Positions 9,531 to 19,681 of a stretch of DNA of 57,768 nt are shown piece by piece. Numbering within the stretch: the first letter of the stretch is position 1; each line of letters opens with the position of its first letter. The notes below the pieces were generated by a model, which had not been told where the DNA came from, did not search any database, and saw nothing but the letters and a program-made list of their open reading frames with translations. The stretch is taken from assembly GCA_938091905.1 (NCBI GenBank), contig CALKOM010000077.1:1-57768 (forward strand). Reading direction: 5' to 3'. A program made the translations under genes and the position numbers. The DNA comes from an uncultured Verrucomicrobiales bacterium (lineage in GTDB: Bacteria; Verrucomicrobiota; Verrucomicrobiia; Verrucomicrobiales; DEV007).

Positions 9531-10312
9531 ATGAATGCCCATCGATTTCTTCTCCTCGGAGCCTCTTTGTGGGCAGCTCTTTCGATTCCGAACGCCATCG
9601 CGGCCCCGCCACTGCTAGCGTTTCCCTCGGCCGAGGGCTATGGACGCTTCGCCACGGGTGGCCGAGGCGGTGACTTCTATCAGGTGACACAACTCGGCGA
9701 CGACGGACCTAGGTCCTTGCGCGTCGGCATCGAAAGTGCCGAGGGATCACGCACTATCGTCTTCACCTAGAGTGGCACCATTCTGTTAAAGAAAGCGCTG
9801 CGCGTGGAGAATCATAACGGACTCACCATCGCCGGACAAACGGCTCCTGGCGATGGCGTCACCCTGCGCGACCAGACATTTCAAATCAAAGGTTCTTCTA
9901 ACATCATCGTGCGTTTCCGATTAGGCGACGAGAGCAAGACCTCTGGAGATACGCTCCACCTCTCCCAGGCCAAGGACGTGATCTTCGATCATGTCACGGC
10001 GACCTGAGGCGTGGATGGCACCATGGATACCGATCATTTATCGAACTTCACCCTGCAATGGTCGCTGTTTGGCGAAGCCCTTCACGATAGCACCCACCAC
10101 AAGAGGGCCCACGCCATGCTCATGTCACTGCGCAAGACCACCGGGAAAGTTTCCATCCACCAAAATCTCCTCTTCAGTAGCCGCAATCGGCACCCGACGC
10201 TGGGGGGTGTTCCCGATCAACCGACTGGTGACGGAGCGCTCTTCAACTTTCGCATCAATGTGATCTACAATTGGGAAGACTCACTGAATCTCGGTGTCGG
10301 CCAATTCAATAT
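9531..10312 (+). pseudogene. pectate lyase (PL1-like), stops at 9768-9770 (TAG) and 10005-10007 (TGA), 3'-truncated
   Basis: [55 protein letters not shown] and NVIYNW, all in one frame. Confidence 0.88.
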
Positions 10313-10722
10313 CAGTGAGCATGCCGCGATCTCCAACGAGGACGAACTTCTTGAGCCCGAAGAGTTGACGCAGTTTGTTGGCTTGGCTGGTGACAGTGGC
10401 GGGATCGCCGACATTGCCAGGGAATACTTCGCTGCTGATTGGGCGCCCGTCTTGGTCGCAGAGGAGTCCTAGATTGATCTGACGTTTGCCTGTCTTCTTG
10501 TCTCTGTTGTAACCGAATTGCGCGAGTGGGCAGGTGGTGCCTTCGTAGTAGGTGCTTGTGAGATCGGAGAGCGCTAGGCTGCCTTCTTCTAAATGGAGTT
10601 TAGCGAGGGCTTTCTCGATGCGTGACTGGCGGGCGAGCATCCAGCGCATGGCGCCATAGAGATCGGAGAGTTCGAACGAATGGATGTCGAGGTCTAACTC
10701 TACGGCGAGTGTGGATGAGGGA
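10313..10722 (-). mobile_element. internal fragment of an IS1634-family transposase
   Basis: DLYGAMRWMLARQSRIEKALA..DLTSTYYEG..FGYNRDKK..QINLGLLCD..EVFPGNVGD..VGDRGM. No start, end or terminal repeats. Confidence 0.85.
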
Positions 10723-10745
10723 ACAAGGTTGAGTGGAATTCATGA

Positions 10746-11087
10746 CGAGTCGGAACAAGAGATCCATCCCTCTATCGTCTGGGCCACGTTATGTGGAATT
10801 GAACCAGTCAAGATCCCGAAGCTGCCTCCACCTGGCTAGCAGAACAGCCACAAGACGAGAGTTTCGACCGAGGTGTCACCGGACTTGCCAAAGCAGCCAC
10901 CCATGCCTTTAACGATCCCGAAGCATGCGTTACGTGGTCGTCAGCTATCCAGAACGAAGAACTCCGCGCGAGCATAACCCGTCATACTTTGGGACAATGG
11001 ATGCAACAATATCCCGCCGCTGCCCGGGCATAGGCGACCGAGAATGGCGTAGAAGTGGCGCCTTCATCAGGAGATTCTCGCAAGTAA
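10746..11087 (+). pseudogene. C-terminal fragment of an alpha-helical 'DPxAAxxW' repeat protein; stops at 10800-10802 and 11031-11033
   Basis: My translation: WN*TSQDPEAASTWLAEQP..DPEACVTWSSAIQNEELR..GQWMQQYPAAARA*ATEN..*. Not in the ORF track. Confidence 0.7.
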
Positions 11088-11221
11088 GGCGAGCCGAGAC
11101 TGACCGACCCGTTTGATCAGAGCTGGAAGACGCCGACCGCTCCTGAGACTCGGCCCGGGGGCTATTGATCGCAGTTCATCAAACCTTGTCCCCTCTGCAG
11201 CACGCGGACTAGAGTCCTCAC

Positions 11222-12484
11222 GTGCGCATTCTCGTTTCACTCCTCCTTCTGACCGGAACCCTTACAGCTGAGAACTGGCCCGGCTGGCGTGGACCAACTG
11301 GTGACGGCTTTAGCAGCGAGACGGCTCTCCCCACGCACTGGAGCAGTACGGACAACATCGCCTGGAAAACACCCCTCGATGGTAGAGGCCATTTGTCGCC
11401 TATCATCTGAGAGGACCGTGTCTTCCTCACCACAAGCCTAAGAGAGAAGAACGAGCGCAAGCTGCTCTGCTTGAATCGCCTCGATGGGAGGACGCTCTGG
11501 GAGCGCGTGGTCATCAAGTCGCCGCCCGAGTCCATTCATAGCCTGAACAGCCGCGCCTCGGGCACGCCGACCACTGATGGCAAACTCGTTTACGTCACCT
11601 TCTTGATGGCCAAAGGCGAAGAAGTCATCGCGCCCAATGTGGAATCGGAACGCATGATCACACTGGGTAGGATCATGGTGGCCGCCTACGATTTCGAAGG
11701 GAACGAACAATGGAAAACAGATGCATGTGCCTTTGTCAGTGCACACGGGTTCAACACCTGTCCAGTGTTGTTTGAAGATCTTGTTATCATCAACGGGGAT
11801 CACGACGGCGAGGCTTATATTGTGGCGCTCGAGCGCGAAACCGGCAACGTACGTTGGCGCACGATGCGGGAAAACAAGACCCGTAGTTATGTCACCCCCA
11901 TCATCCGCAAGATCGGTGACCGCACCCAGATGATCCTCTCCGGCAGTCTCTGTGTGCCGAGTTACGATCCACGAACCGGCAAACGCCATTAGATCATCGA
12001 CGGGCCAACCGAACAGTTCGTCGCCTCCATGGTCTACAATGGAGAGTATATCTTTGTGACAGGTGGTTATCCTCAGAAGCACATTCTCGCGATCGATCCT
12101 AACGGAACCTGAAACGTGACTGAAACCAACATCGCTTGGAGAACGAACAATGGAGCCGCCTACGTGCCCTCCCCCATCGTATCCGGCAACCACTTGCTCG
12201 TCGTTGCCGATAACGGAGTCGCCAATTGCTTCGATGCCAAGTCCGGCAAGTGCCTCTGGCGGGAACGGCTGGATGGCGGGCACAGCCCCTCAGCCGTCAT
12301 GGCCAACGGCACCACGTACTGTTTATCCGACAAAGACGAAGCGACCCTCATTCGACTCGGAGACGAATTCGAAGTCGTTGCCAAGAACGATCTCGGAGAG
12401 CCCGTCTCAGCGAGTCCGGCCATCAGCCAAGGCCAAGTCTTCATCCGCACACACCAAGCGCTCTACTGCATTGGGAAGAAATGA
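11222..12484 (+). pseudogene. PQQ-like/BamB-type beta-propeller protein, stops at 11408, 11990 and 12110
   Basis: ENWPGWRGPTGDG..NIAWK..SPII*EDRVF..TGKRH*II..GT*NVT..YVPSP..ASPAISQGQVFIRT, all in one frame. Confidence 0.9.
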
Positions 12485-12494
12485 TCTAAAGTGT

Positions 12495-13330
12495 TTACGA
12501 ATCGGGAACGCCCACTGAGTGCATTCGATCCGGCCACGTTTGGATAGCGGGCAGAGGACGACCGCCCGTCAGTCGGATTAGACTCGGTTCCACTGCTTTG
12601 GCCCTCGCTTCGGCTCCTTTGGGACTTGGATGGAGGAGGTCCCACATCAGGTCCGTGTTGATGGCTCTGTCGGGGCGAAGAAAGACCGCATTCACGTCGA
12701 GCCAGAAAACCTGTTTGCCATCTGCTAGTTGCTTGGTGAGCTCTCCCGCTCGACGGCAAGTGTCAATGCACTGGGCGGAAGAATTGAAGTCTGGTGGACT
12801 CACGCTTTTCTCATCATCCCCACCTCGCGGGAAGATTCTTAGAACGAGAATCTTGGTCGTTGGGTGCTTCTTCCTGATCAGGTCGACGATGGCCTTGGTG
12901 CCCGTGAAGATCTCCTCTGCGGTGTGAGTTCTCTTGAAATGTCGATCGTCGACATTATTCGTCCCGGTCAACAACATGGCCACTTTGGGTGCGCGCACAA
13001 AGTCGAGTTCGCCATTCTGTAAGTTCCACAGAATCTACTCAGTTCGCTGGCCGTTGTGACCAAGATTGATAGCCTTGTGAGGCGCGTAGAATTGGTCCCA
13101 AACTGCCTTCATGGGCTCGTATTTCCCGCCGAGTCGCCAAGCGTATGGGTGATGGAATCGCCAATCATGACGAGGTCGTAGTCGCCACTTTTGACGGAGG
13201 CAACTTTCTCTGTATGCCGCTCGCTTGGAGCAGGCATCGGGAAATTGGCATCACCGAGCTTGGGTAATTCATCTGCCCAGCTCGTGAGAAGAACGAAGAA
13301 GCAACCTGACAGGACGAGAAGAGTTTTCAT
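12495..13330 (-). pseudogene. SGNH/GDSL esterase (PAF-acetylhydrolase-like), frameshift near 13130 and TAG at 13035-13037
   Basis: Signal peptide and IGDSITH, then a frame change to AVWDQFYAPHKAINLGHNGQRTE*ILWNL..GTNN..DLLHP. Confidence 0.85.
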
Positions 13331-13360
13331 ACAGAGGATCGTAGCAAGACGTGCGGACGA

Positions 13361-13402
13361 CACAAACAAAGCGCCAGTGGACTTCTCAGCCCACTGGCGC
13401 TT
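13361..13402 (-). terminator. rho-independent terminator after the LamG gene
   Basis: 12-bp stem AAGCGCCAGTGG/CCACTGGCGCTT (13369-13380/13391-13402), running into TTTGTTTG on the minus strand. Confidence 0.75.
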
Positions 13403-13445
13403 CTCCATTCAAGACGAATGCTGTGTTTGTTAGCCTTGCAGCATC

Positions 13446-16400
13446 TTATTTGCCGATGCTGACATCGTCGATGAACCAGCCCGCACCATTGTTGGGATCG
13501 CCGTCGTCACCGGTGAGGAATTCGAACTCGATGATGAACGGTCGCGCCGGATCCAAGTTTGGTAGCCGGAAGCTAACATCCGTCCAGTCGGCAGTGTTGC
13601 CATCCTCGCCACCCGTGTAGATGGGCTCGAAATTCTGGATAAGCGAGCCATCAGCTTCGAGGAAGTTCACGCGCCCTCCCTCACCTTCGACCGCTTCCAG
13701 GAAGTAGGAGAAGCTCAAGGAAACTCGATTCCCGAGGGTATCGATCACCGGCGTGCGGAGACTTCCCACCGTGCCATCTTCGTAGTCGCCCGCCAATCCA
13801 GTTCCGGCCACGTTGGCTCCCGTCTTCGCCGCAGGTGGCCCTGCAGTGGGAACGCCAGCTTCCCACATGGAGCCTGCGACTGAGGTTGTGGTCCAATCAC
13901 CGAGACCATCTTCAAAGCTTGTCTCGAGGAACGGAGGTGGGTCCACCCGGCCGACACGGAAGTACTCCATCAACTGGGCAACGTCGCCTTCAACCGATGC
14001 GGAAGTGACCAGGGCTTCGCCGCCCTCCGCAGGAATGGCGACTCCCATCGGTACCCAGGATCCTGGAGACAAGTCAGGCGACGCTTCAATGTCGTAGAAA
14101 CGACCAGGCGAAGAATCCCACGTGAGATTCACCATGCCATCAGCAGCACGTGAGATCGCCCTCACATGGAAGTCACTGCCACCGCAGGCACCTAGCGGAC
14201 AGATGACTTGGTTCGCTAGGTCAGCGATCTGCGCGTCTGACAGGGCCGTGTCCCAGATGGCAACATCATCGATCTCGCCCAAGAAGAAATTACCCTCGAC
14301 GTCAAACACGCCGTCACCGCCGATATTGAGCGTGTCCCCGGAAGTCACCGGACCACCACCCGCATTCTCACCGAGGATCTCACCATTGGCGAAGACCTTG
14401 AAGCCTTCGGCGTTCAAGACCACGGCCACGTGGGTCCATTCTTCCACGATGGGACCGAATTCGACATCAATAGCGCCCGCTGGGCTCCACCATTGCATGG
14501 TCGTGGGATTGATCATGCCGTATTCGACAGCGTCATTCTGACCAACCAAACCGATGCGATTGCCTAACTGTTCCTCTTCCATGCGTACCCAGAACGACAT
14601 GGTGAGTTCGGCCAAATCGTTCAACAGACTCACATCCGTCGTGACGGAGTCGTCTTCACCGTCGAACTTGATCGCAAAGTCGTTCGCATTGCCAGAATGG
14701 CCAGGCACCCACTCGGGATCCCCATTCACTAGGCTTGTAATGCCCGCTGGTCCGAGGTCCGCAGTCTCCGTGGAGCCTTGATCATCAAACGGCCAGTAAC
14801 CAATGACCACAGGAAAATCTGGCTTACTGTTAGCGTCAAGTGGATCGGTGCCCGCTAGCAACTCCTTACCATCATCGAAACCATCGCCATCCGTGTCAGC
14901 CGCGAGTGGACTGGTGCCGGGAGGATCAGAATCTGGCACTTCCGCGCCGTCCTTGAGTCCGTCATCGTCTGTATCGTCGCTCGTCGGATTCGTGCCCGTG
15001 TTCGTGGCATCCACGTAGGTGCCCGTGTTTGTCTCCACACCATCGCTGAGACCATCGCCATCCGTGTCAGGGTTGTTTGCTAGGGTGCCGAGTTCAAAAA
15101 TCTCGACACTGGCAATGACTCCATCACCATCCTTGTCGCTATCAGCATCGGCCACATTGGGATCGAGACCATGCTTCTCTTCGAGCGGGGTGAAGATGCC
15201 GTCGCCATCGGGATCGAGCGGGTTGACTTGGCCTCCGCCAACTTCGCGAGTGTTGATCGGCGAGGTCCCGTTGAACATGGCTTCGAGTTCGCTATCTTCC
15301 AGGGCCACATTCCAAATGGACACATCATCGATCAGGCCATCGAAATTCCTCTCGGTACCACAGCAGTTGTCTTTCCCGAAGAACCAAGCGACCGCATCAT
15401 TGAGCTGAGCCAAGTGGTCGATCTCATTGACCGCGCTGTTGAACTCGCCACCAGCACCTAAGAAGAGTCTGCCTTGATCCGGTCTTACGGTGAGGGCAAT
15501 GAAAGCCCACTCATCAGCAGGAATCGCGAGACCACTTTCAAAGCTGTAGGTGTTCGCGTTGTTATCATTCCAAGTGTAACTCAATTCTCCTGAACCGGCA
15601 CGGACCCCCATGCCAATGGGAATGTTAACGTCGCCTCGAGCTTGAATCAGTCCAGTCCAATCGCCCGTCTGAACCCCTTTGATCCAGGCGGTCACGGTGA
15701 TCTCTTCAAAGTTCTCTCCCGTGGCAGGCACTTCGACATAACTGTCCGTGGCCCCAGCGACATCAATGGCATAGTCGCCAGCAGCTCCGGTATGGCCGCC
15801 GGCGTCCGGCGTCCAGGTGGCACCCGTCGCTGTACCATTAAGCACCTTGTTAGCGACACCATTCTCTAACGTTTCTCCCGATCCTTCATCCGCAGGCCAG
15901 TAGCCAATGAGATTCGGTGAGGGTGTCGCATCACCGCCACCAAAGAAGGCATTCACGCCACTTTCCATGGCGAGCAAGATTTCGTTATCGTTCAATGCGA
16001 CATCCCAAAGACCGATGTCATCGATATCACCAATGAATCGGAAGTCTGCTCCGAAGTCGCCGCCACCGCCGATGTTGAAGGGAGTCGTGTCGTTCGGAAA
16101 GACCGCATCGTTTGCCTCTACGGCGAGTTCCCCATTCACATAGAGCTTCTTTGTCTCCGTCGCGTTGTCGTAGGAAATGGCGATGTGTTCCCATTCGCCT
16201 AACGTCACATCAGGGCCATCGAGCACTTGCCAGTTGCCATCGGCAGTACCGTTGCCGCTCCAGAAGGTCCAAACGCCCCCAGGCTCATTGTCATAGATCA
16301 AATAGCCTTGGGAGTCTGGATTGAGATCGTGGCGACTAGTGACTGGTGAGTTCCATGCCCCAGCGCCACCGTCTGATTTCGCCCATAGTGTTAGGGTGAA

Positions 16401-17909
16401 ACTCTCGGGATTGAGATCCGCACTCCAGTCGTGTTGAATGAGACCACTGCCGTCGAACGTTGCCGCACCCCCAGTATTCGCATTCGCCCCTGGCGCACCG
16501 AAAGTGACATTGTCGACCGTGCTGGCGACAAAACCACCTGCCTCAGGCGAATTCCCATCCTCATCGAGTGCGAAATGCGCCACAGGAGCGGGTAGGGATT
16601 CGGGCTGGGTAGCCAGAACGCCTTGCGTCATCGCGGTCAGTAATTCCTGTTCGGACAACGCATAGTTCCACAGACCGATGTCGTCGATATCTCCGATGAA
16701 TCGAAAGTCCGCTCCGAAATCGCCGCCGCCCCCGATGCTGAACGGGGTCGTCTCTGCCGGCGCCACGGGCTCGTTCTGCTCGCCCACCAGTTCGCCATCG
16801 ACGTAGAGCCTCTTGGTCTGCGTCCCGTTATCGTAGGAGATGGCGAGGTGCTGCCATTCGCCGATCTTCACAGCAGGGCCATTCAGAATCTGCCAGCCAC
16901 CCAAGTTGCTGCCGCTCCAGAAGGTCCACACGCCCCCCGGCTCGTCGTCGTAGATCAAGTAGCCCTTCTGAGGACCGCCGTTCTGTTCGTCGCGGCTGGT
17001 GACTGGGGAATTCCAAGCACCCGCACCTCCCTCTGACTTGGCCCAAAGCGCGAGCGTGAAACTCTCTGGATTCAGATCCGCATTCCACTCGTGCTGAACG
17101 ATGCCAGAGCCGTCGAACGTAGCCGAGGTCCCTGTGTTTCCGTTAGCGCCCGCCGTGCCAAAGGTCACGCTCTCATCAACCGTGGCTGCCACAAACCCTC
17201 CAAAGGTCTCTGAATTTCCATTCTCATCGAGTGGAAAGTGAGCAATCAAGGAAGGTCCCGTATTCGCGTTGAGGCGAACGTTGTCAAAGTGTGAACGTTG
17301 TTCGGTGCCTTCGTCGCCGAGAAAGATAACGATATTGCCAGGAGGCGGCTCCGAACCCGTGATGAAGGATACCGTGTAGTCGGTGAATGAAAGAGCGCCA
17401 TTCGAGCCTGAATCAATGGTCATCCCTGCACCAGAGATATACAGCGGATCGTCCAAGAACTCATTGGCATTCTGATAGGGCAACGTGTTGTCCGGCCCTG
17501 GAGCTTCAGTCGACGACGTCAATCCAATGAGGGTGAGCGCTCCGGGATTCTCACCTCGGTTGCCAACACCCACCGTCAACGAGTAGCCTGTGTTGGCTTT
17601 CCAAGCCACGCCCGTGTTCTGGAAGACGTAGTAGTTGCCTTGCATGCCGAGGTGTTGATTGCCCTCAGAGTTGAAGCCGGGGATGAACTCGATGAACGTG
17701 TTGCCATCGTTCGCTCCATTCTGGCCAATCCAGTCAGGGCCGCCATCCACCAAGTCTGGATCGGGAAGATCATTACTCCAACCACCAGAGTCCAACATCG
17801 GCCTTTCAAAGCTGGCATTGTTTACGGGGATCGGCGCGGCAAGCGCCATGGCACTCGCGCCTAAAAGGCAGGCAAGCGTGAGCAAGGGGAGGTTTCGAAT
17901 ACGTTTCAT
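13446..17909 (-). CDS. large secreted multi-LamG (concanavalin-like jellyroll) protein with TSP3-like Ca-binding repeats
   Basis: Signal peptide; four domains with W.H.A...L.VNG...IG...F.G.IDD..IW; DTDGDG repeats; acidic composition; 1487 aa. Confidence 0.88.
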   Translation of the reverse strand: MKRIRNLPLLTLACLLGASAMALAAPIPVNNASFERPMLDSGGWSNDLPDPDLVDGGPDWIGQNGANDGNTFIEFIPGFNSEGNQHLGMQGNYYVFQNTGVAWKANTGYSLTVGVGNRGENPGALTLIGLTSSTEAPGPDNTLPYQNANEFLDDPLYISGAGMTIDSGSNGALSFTDYTVSFITGSEPPPGNIVIFLGDEGTEQRSHFDNVRLNANTGPSLIAHFPLDENGNSETFGGFVAATVDESVTFGTAGANGNTGTSATFDGSGIVQHEWNADLNPESFTLALWAKSEGGAGAWNSPVTSRDEQNGGPQKGYLIYDDEPGGVWTFWSGSNLGGWQILNGPAVKIGEWQHLAISYDNGTQTKRLYVDGELVGEQNEPVAPAETTPFSIGGGGDFGADFRFIGDIDDIGLWNYALSEQELLTAMTQGVLATQPESLPAPVAHFALDEDGNSPEAGGFVASTVDNVTFGAPGANANTGGAATFDGSGLIQHDWSADLNPESFTLTLWAKSDGGAGAWNSPVTSRHDLNPDSQGYLIYDNEPGGVWTFWSGNGTADGNWQVLDGPDVTLGEWEHIAISYDNATETKKLYVNGELAVEANDAVFPNDTTPFNIGGGGDFGADFRFIGDIDDIGLWDVALNDNEILLAMESGVNAFFGGGDATPSPNLIGYWPADEGSGETLENGVANKVLNGTATGATWTPDAGGHTGAAGDYAIDVAGATDSYVEVPATGENFEEITVTAWIKGVQTGDWTGLIQARGDVNIPIGMGVRAGSGELSYTWNDNNANTYSFESGLAIPADEWAFIALTVRPDQGRLFLGAGGEFNSAVNEIDHLAQLNDAVAWFFGKDNCCGTERNFDGLIDDVSIWNVALEDSELEAMFNGTSPINTREVGGGQVNPLDPDGDGIFTPLEEKHGLDPNVADADSDKDGDGVIASVEIFELGTLANNPDTDGDGLSDGVETNTGTYVDATNTGTNPTSDDTDDDGLKDGAEVPDSDPPGTSPLAADTDGDGFDDGKELLAGTDPLDANSKPDFPVVIGYWPFDDQGSTETADLGPAGITSLVNGDPEWVPGHSGNANDFAIKFDGEDDSVTTDVSLLNDLAELTMSFWVRMEEEQLGNRIGLVGQNDAVEYGMINPTTMQWWSPAGAIDVEFGPIVEEWTHVAVVLNAEGFKVFANGEILGENAGGGPVTSGDTLNIGGDGVFDVEGNFFLGEIDDVAIWDTALSDAQIADLANQVICPLGACGGSDFHVRAISRAADGMVNLTWDSSPGRFYDIEASPDLSPGSWVPMGVAIPAEGGEALVTSASVEGDVAQLMEYFRVGRVDPPPFLETSFEDGLGDWTTTSVAGSMWEAGVPTAGPPAAKTGANVAGTGLAGDYEDGTVGSLRTPVIDTLGNRVSLSFSYFLEAVEGEGGRVNFLEADGSLIQNFEPIYTGGEDGNTADWTDVSFRLPNLDPARPFIIEFEFLTGDDGDPNNGAGWFIDDVSIGK

Positions 17910-17998
17910 GGAATGGTTTGGGGTGGAACTGTGAAGATTCGCTGACGCGAAGCTTGGACGTTGTTAATTCTCATAAAGAATCCAATGCCGGTCTAGCA

Positions 17999-18034
17999 AT
18001 CCCTTCGCACGCATTAAATATCCCTTTTTACGCA
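17999..18034 (-). promoter_or_regulatory. candidate AraC/XylR operator, direct repeat with 21-bp period
   Basis: ATCCCTTCGCACGCA (17999-18013) and ATCCCTTTTTACGCA (18020-18034), 12/15 identical, abutting a -35-like TTGCTA upstream of the LamG gene. Confidence 0.4.
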
Positions 18035-18052
18035 AACAGCCAAAAGTGGCAA

Positions 18053-19210
18053 TTAGGAAAGATGACCTTCCTCTGCCCGACGATGCTCACGGCGATAGCG
18101 CACTGGCGAACAGCCCTCGGCCTTTCGGAAGAGCATGTGCAATTGCTGGAGGCGCTCAATGCCCAGTATGTCGGCGATTCTAGGTAGCGGAAAGTCCGTT
18201 TCCAACAAGAGCTTCTTGATCCCATCGACGGTCCGTTGACGCAAATAAGCCGCAACGGTGGTTTGGAAATACTCCTGGAATCGGTACTCCAGAGCCCGCC
18301 GTGAAATCCCGGAAGCACGAGCCACGTCATCGACCGAAATCCGTTTCCCGACGCTACGCCGCACAAACGCAAGTGCCTGAACGAGATGGGGATCCGCCAC
18401 AGCTTCCCATGCCGTAGACGCCCGTTCGACCACACCCACCGGGCGAATCTTGGGCGGGTCTCCAGGATCATCTCCAGACATCAACCGATCGAGCCGTTTC
18501 GCAATCGCCGTGCCCAGCGCCACCGGGTTGGTATCGATGCTAGAGAGTGGCGGATGAGCAATCTGACAGAGCAGCGGGTCGTTGTCGATGCCCAGAATAG
18601 AGAGCTGCTCGGGAACCGCCCTACCACATTCCCGAGCCAACCCAAGGATCTGAGCACCGCGTTCGTCGGTCACGCAAAGAACGGCGCACGGAACCGGAAG
18701 CGAAAGCAGAAAGTCACGATCCGCTTCCTCGGACTTCCGACTGCCACGTCCTCCAAACAGGGTGTTCCTTACATAGAGAGGACCGTGGCCTGCGTCTTTC
18801 ACCACCGCCTCAAAAGCCTCCTCACGTTTGCCAGACCACATTGCATCCCGATGCCCGATGAAGGCGAAATGGCGAAAGCCTTTACCCAAGAAATACGTCC
18901 CTGCGAGTTCACCGATCGCCTCCTCATCAAGATTAGGAATGTCCTCGGCAACAACACCTTCAGTATCGCCCGACCAGCCAACGACAGGAATGCCTCTTCT
19001 GCCTAGCATCGCCGAGTATTTCTGCCGACGTGCTCGAGTGACCACGCCGTCTCCCTCCCAATCTTGCAGCCATTCTGGCTCCTCCCGCCCCAATCCGCCC
19101 TGCTCGTAATGCAAACGCCAGTCGACCAGCTGTGCATACCGCGCAATGCCCTGCAACAAGCCGCGCCCATACTGGGTGGAACTTTCGATGAAGACGGCAA
19201 CGTTGCGCAT
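18053..19210 (-). CDS. XylR-type transcriptional regulator (periplasmic-binding-protein-like domain + AraC HTH)
   Basis: YGRGLLQGIARYA, WEGDG, VPEQLSILGIDND..PLSSI, ISRRALEYRF and LLLETD..SPVRYR. Start at ATG 19210. Confidence 0.9.
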   Translation of the reverse strand: MRNVAVFIESSTQYGRGLLQGIARYAQLVDWRLHYEQGGLGREEPEWLQDWEGDGVVTRARRQKYSAMLGRRGIPVVGWSGDTEGVVAEDIPNLDEEAIGELAGTYFLGKGFRHFAFIGHRDAMWSGKREEAFEAVVKDAGHGPLYVRNTLFGGRGSRKSEEADRDFLLSLPVPCAVLCVTDERGAQILGLARECGRAVPEQLSILGIDNDPLLCQIAHPPLSSIDTNPVALGTAIAKRLDRLMSGDDPGDPPKIRPVGVVERASTAWEAVADPHLVQALAFVRRSVGKRISVDDVARASGISRRALEYRFQEYFQTTVAAYLRQRTVDGIKKLLLETDFPLPRIADILGIERLQQLHMLFRKAEGCSPVRYRREHRRAEEGHLS

Positions 19211-19343
19211 GGGACAAACCAACTTAGGAGATGTGGAGAGACAAGAGAAGGCCTGTTTGATCACCGTGGGCGACAATCCTTTCACCACAGAATGATGGGC
19301 AAACCATGCGTTACCGTATAGTATCCCGCCATGATCTCTAACA

Positions 19344-19389
19344 AGTGTAGCCCGGTGCCGTCTACATAAATGATCGCCGTGCGGCCTTG
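19344..19389 (-). repeat. 46-bp remnant duplicated from the TolB-like gene (26839-26884)
   Basis: 43/46 identical direct repeat; encodes QGRTAIIYVDGTGLH versus QGRTAIIHADGTGLH. Confidence 0.8.
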
Positions 19390-19681
19390 CGCGTGGGGAG
19401 AATCTGTTGTGCTTCCGGGCACCAGGGCTGGAGATTGGGCGGGCGGAGTCGATCTCGATTGAGTGTGTGGAATTGGATGTGGAGATCGCGGAATGAGAGA
19501 CTGTGAGGGAAGACCGAGATCATCGTCGTGGATTTCTCCGAAGTCCTACGCTGGTAGCCGTTTCCGTGTTGGATTTCGGAGAAATCCACTACATTACCGA
19601 TATTATAATGCTGGGGCTCAGCCACATTGAACTGGCATCGGGCATGGGATTTCACTAACTTGGGCCAACCATATCCTTCCG

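Noticed and set aside
10313..10472. C-terminus of ORF 10011-10472 as real protein
   Set aside because: It is the antisense reading of the IS1634 fragment.
10005..12112. Other in-frame TGA codons as selenocysteine
   Set aside because: They lie at Trp or Gly positions of pectate lyase, repeat and propeller proteins, with no Cys/redox context and alongside TAG stops.
2873..13440. Integron cassette array
   Set aside because: No integrase, genes lie on both strands, and the intergenic palindromes are REP-like rather than attC-like.
19362..19655. 97-aa minus-strand ORF
   Set aside because: No recognisable motif, and it overlaps a gene remnant in a different frame; probably spurious.
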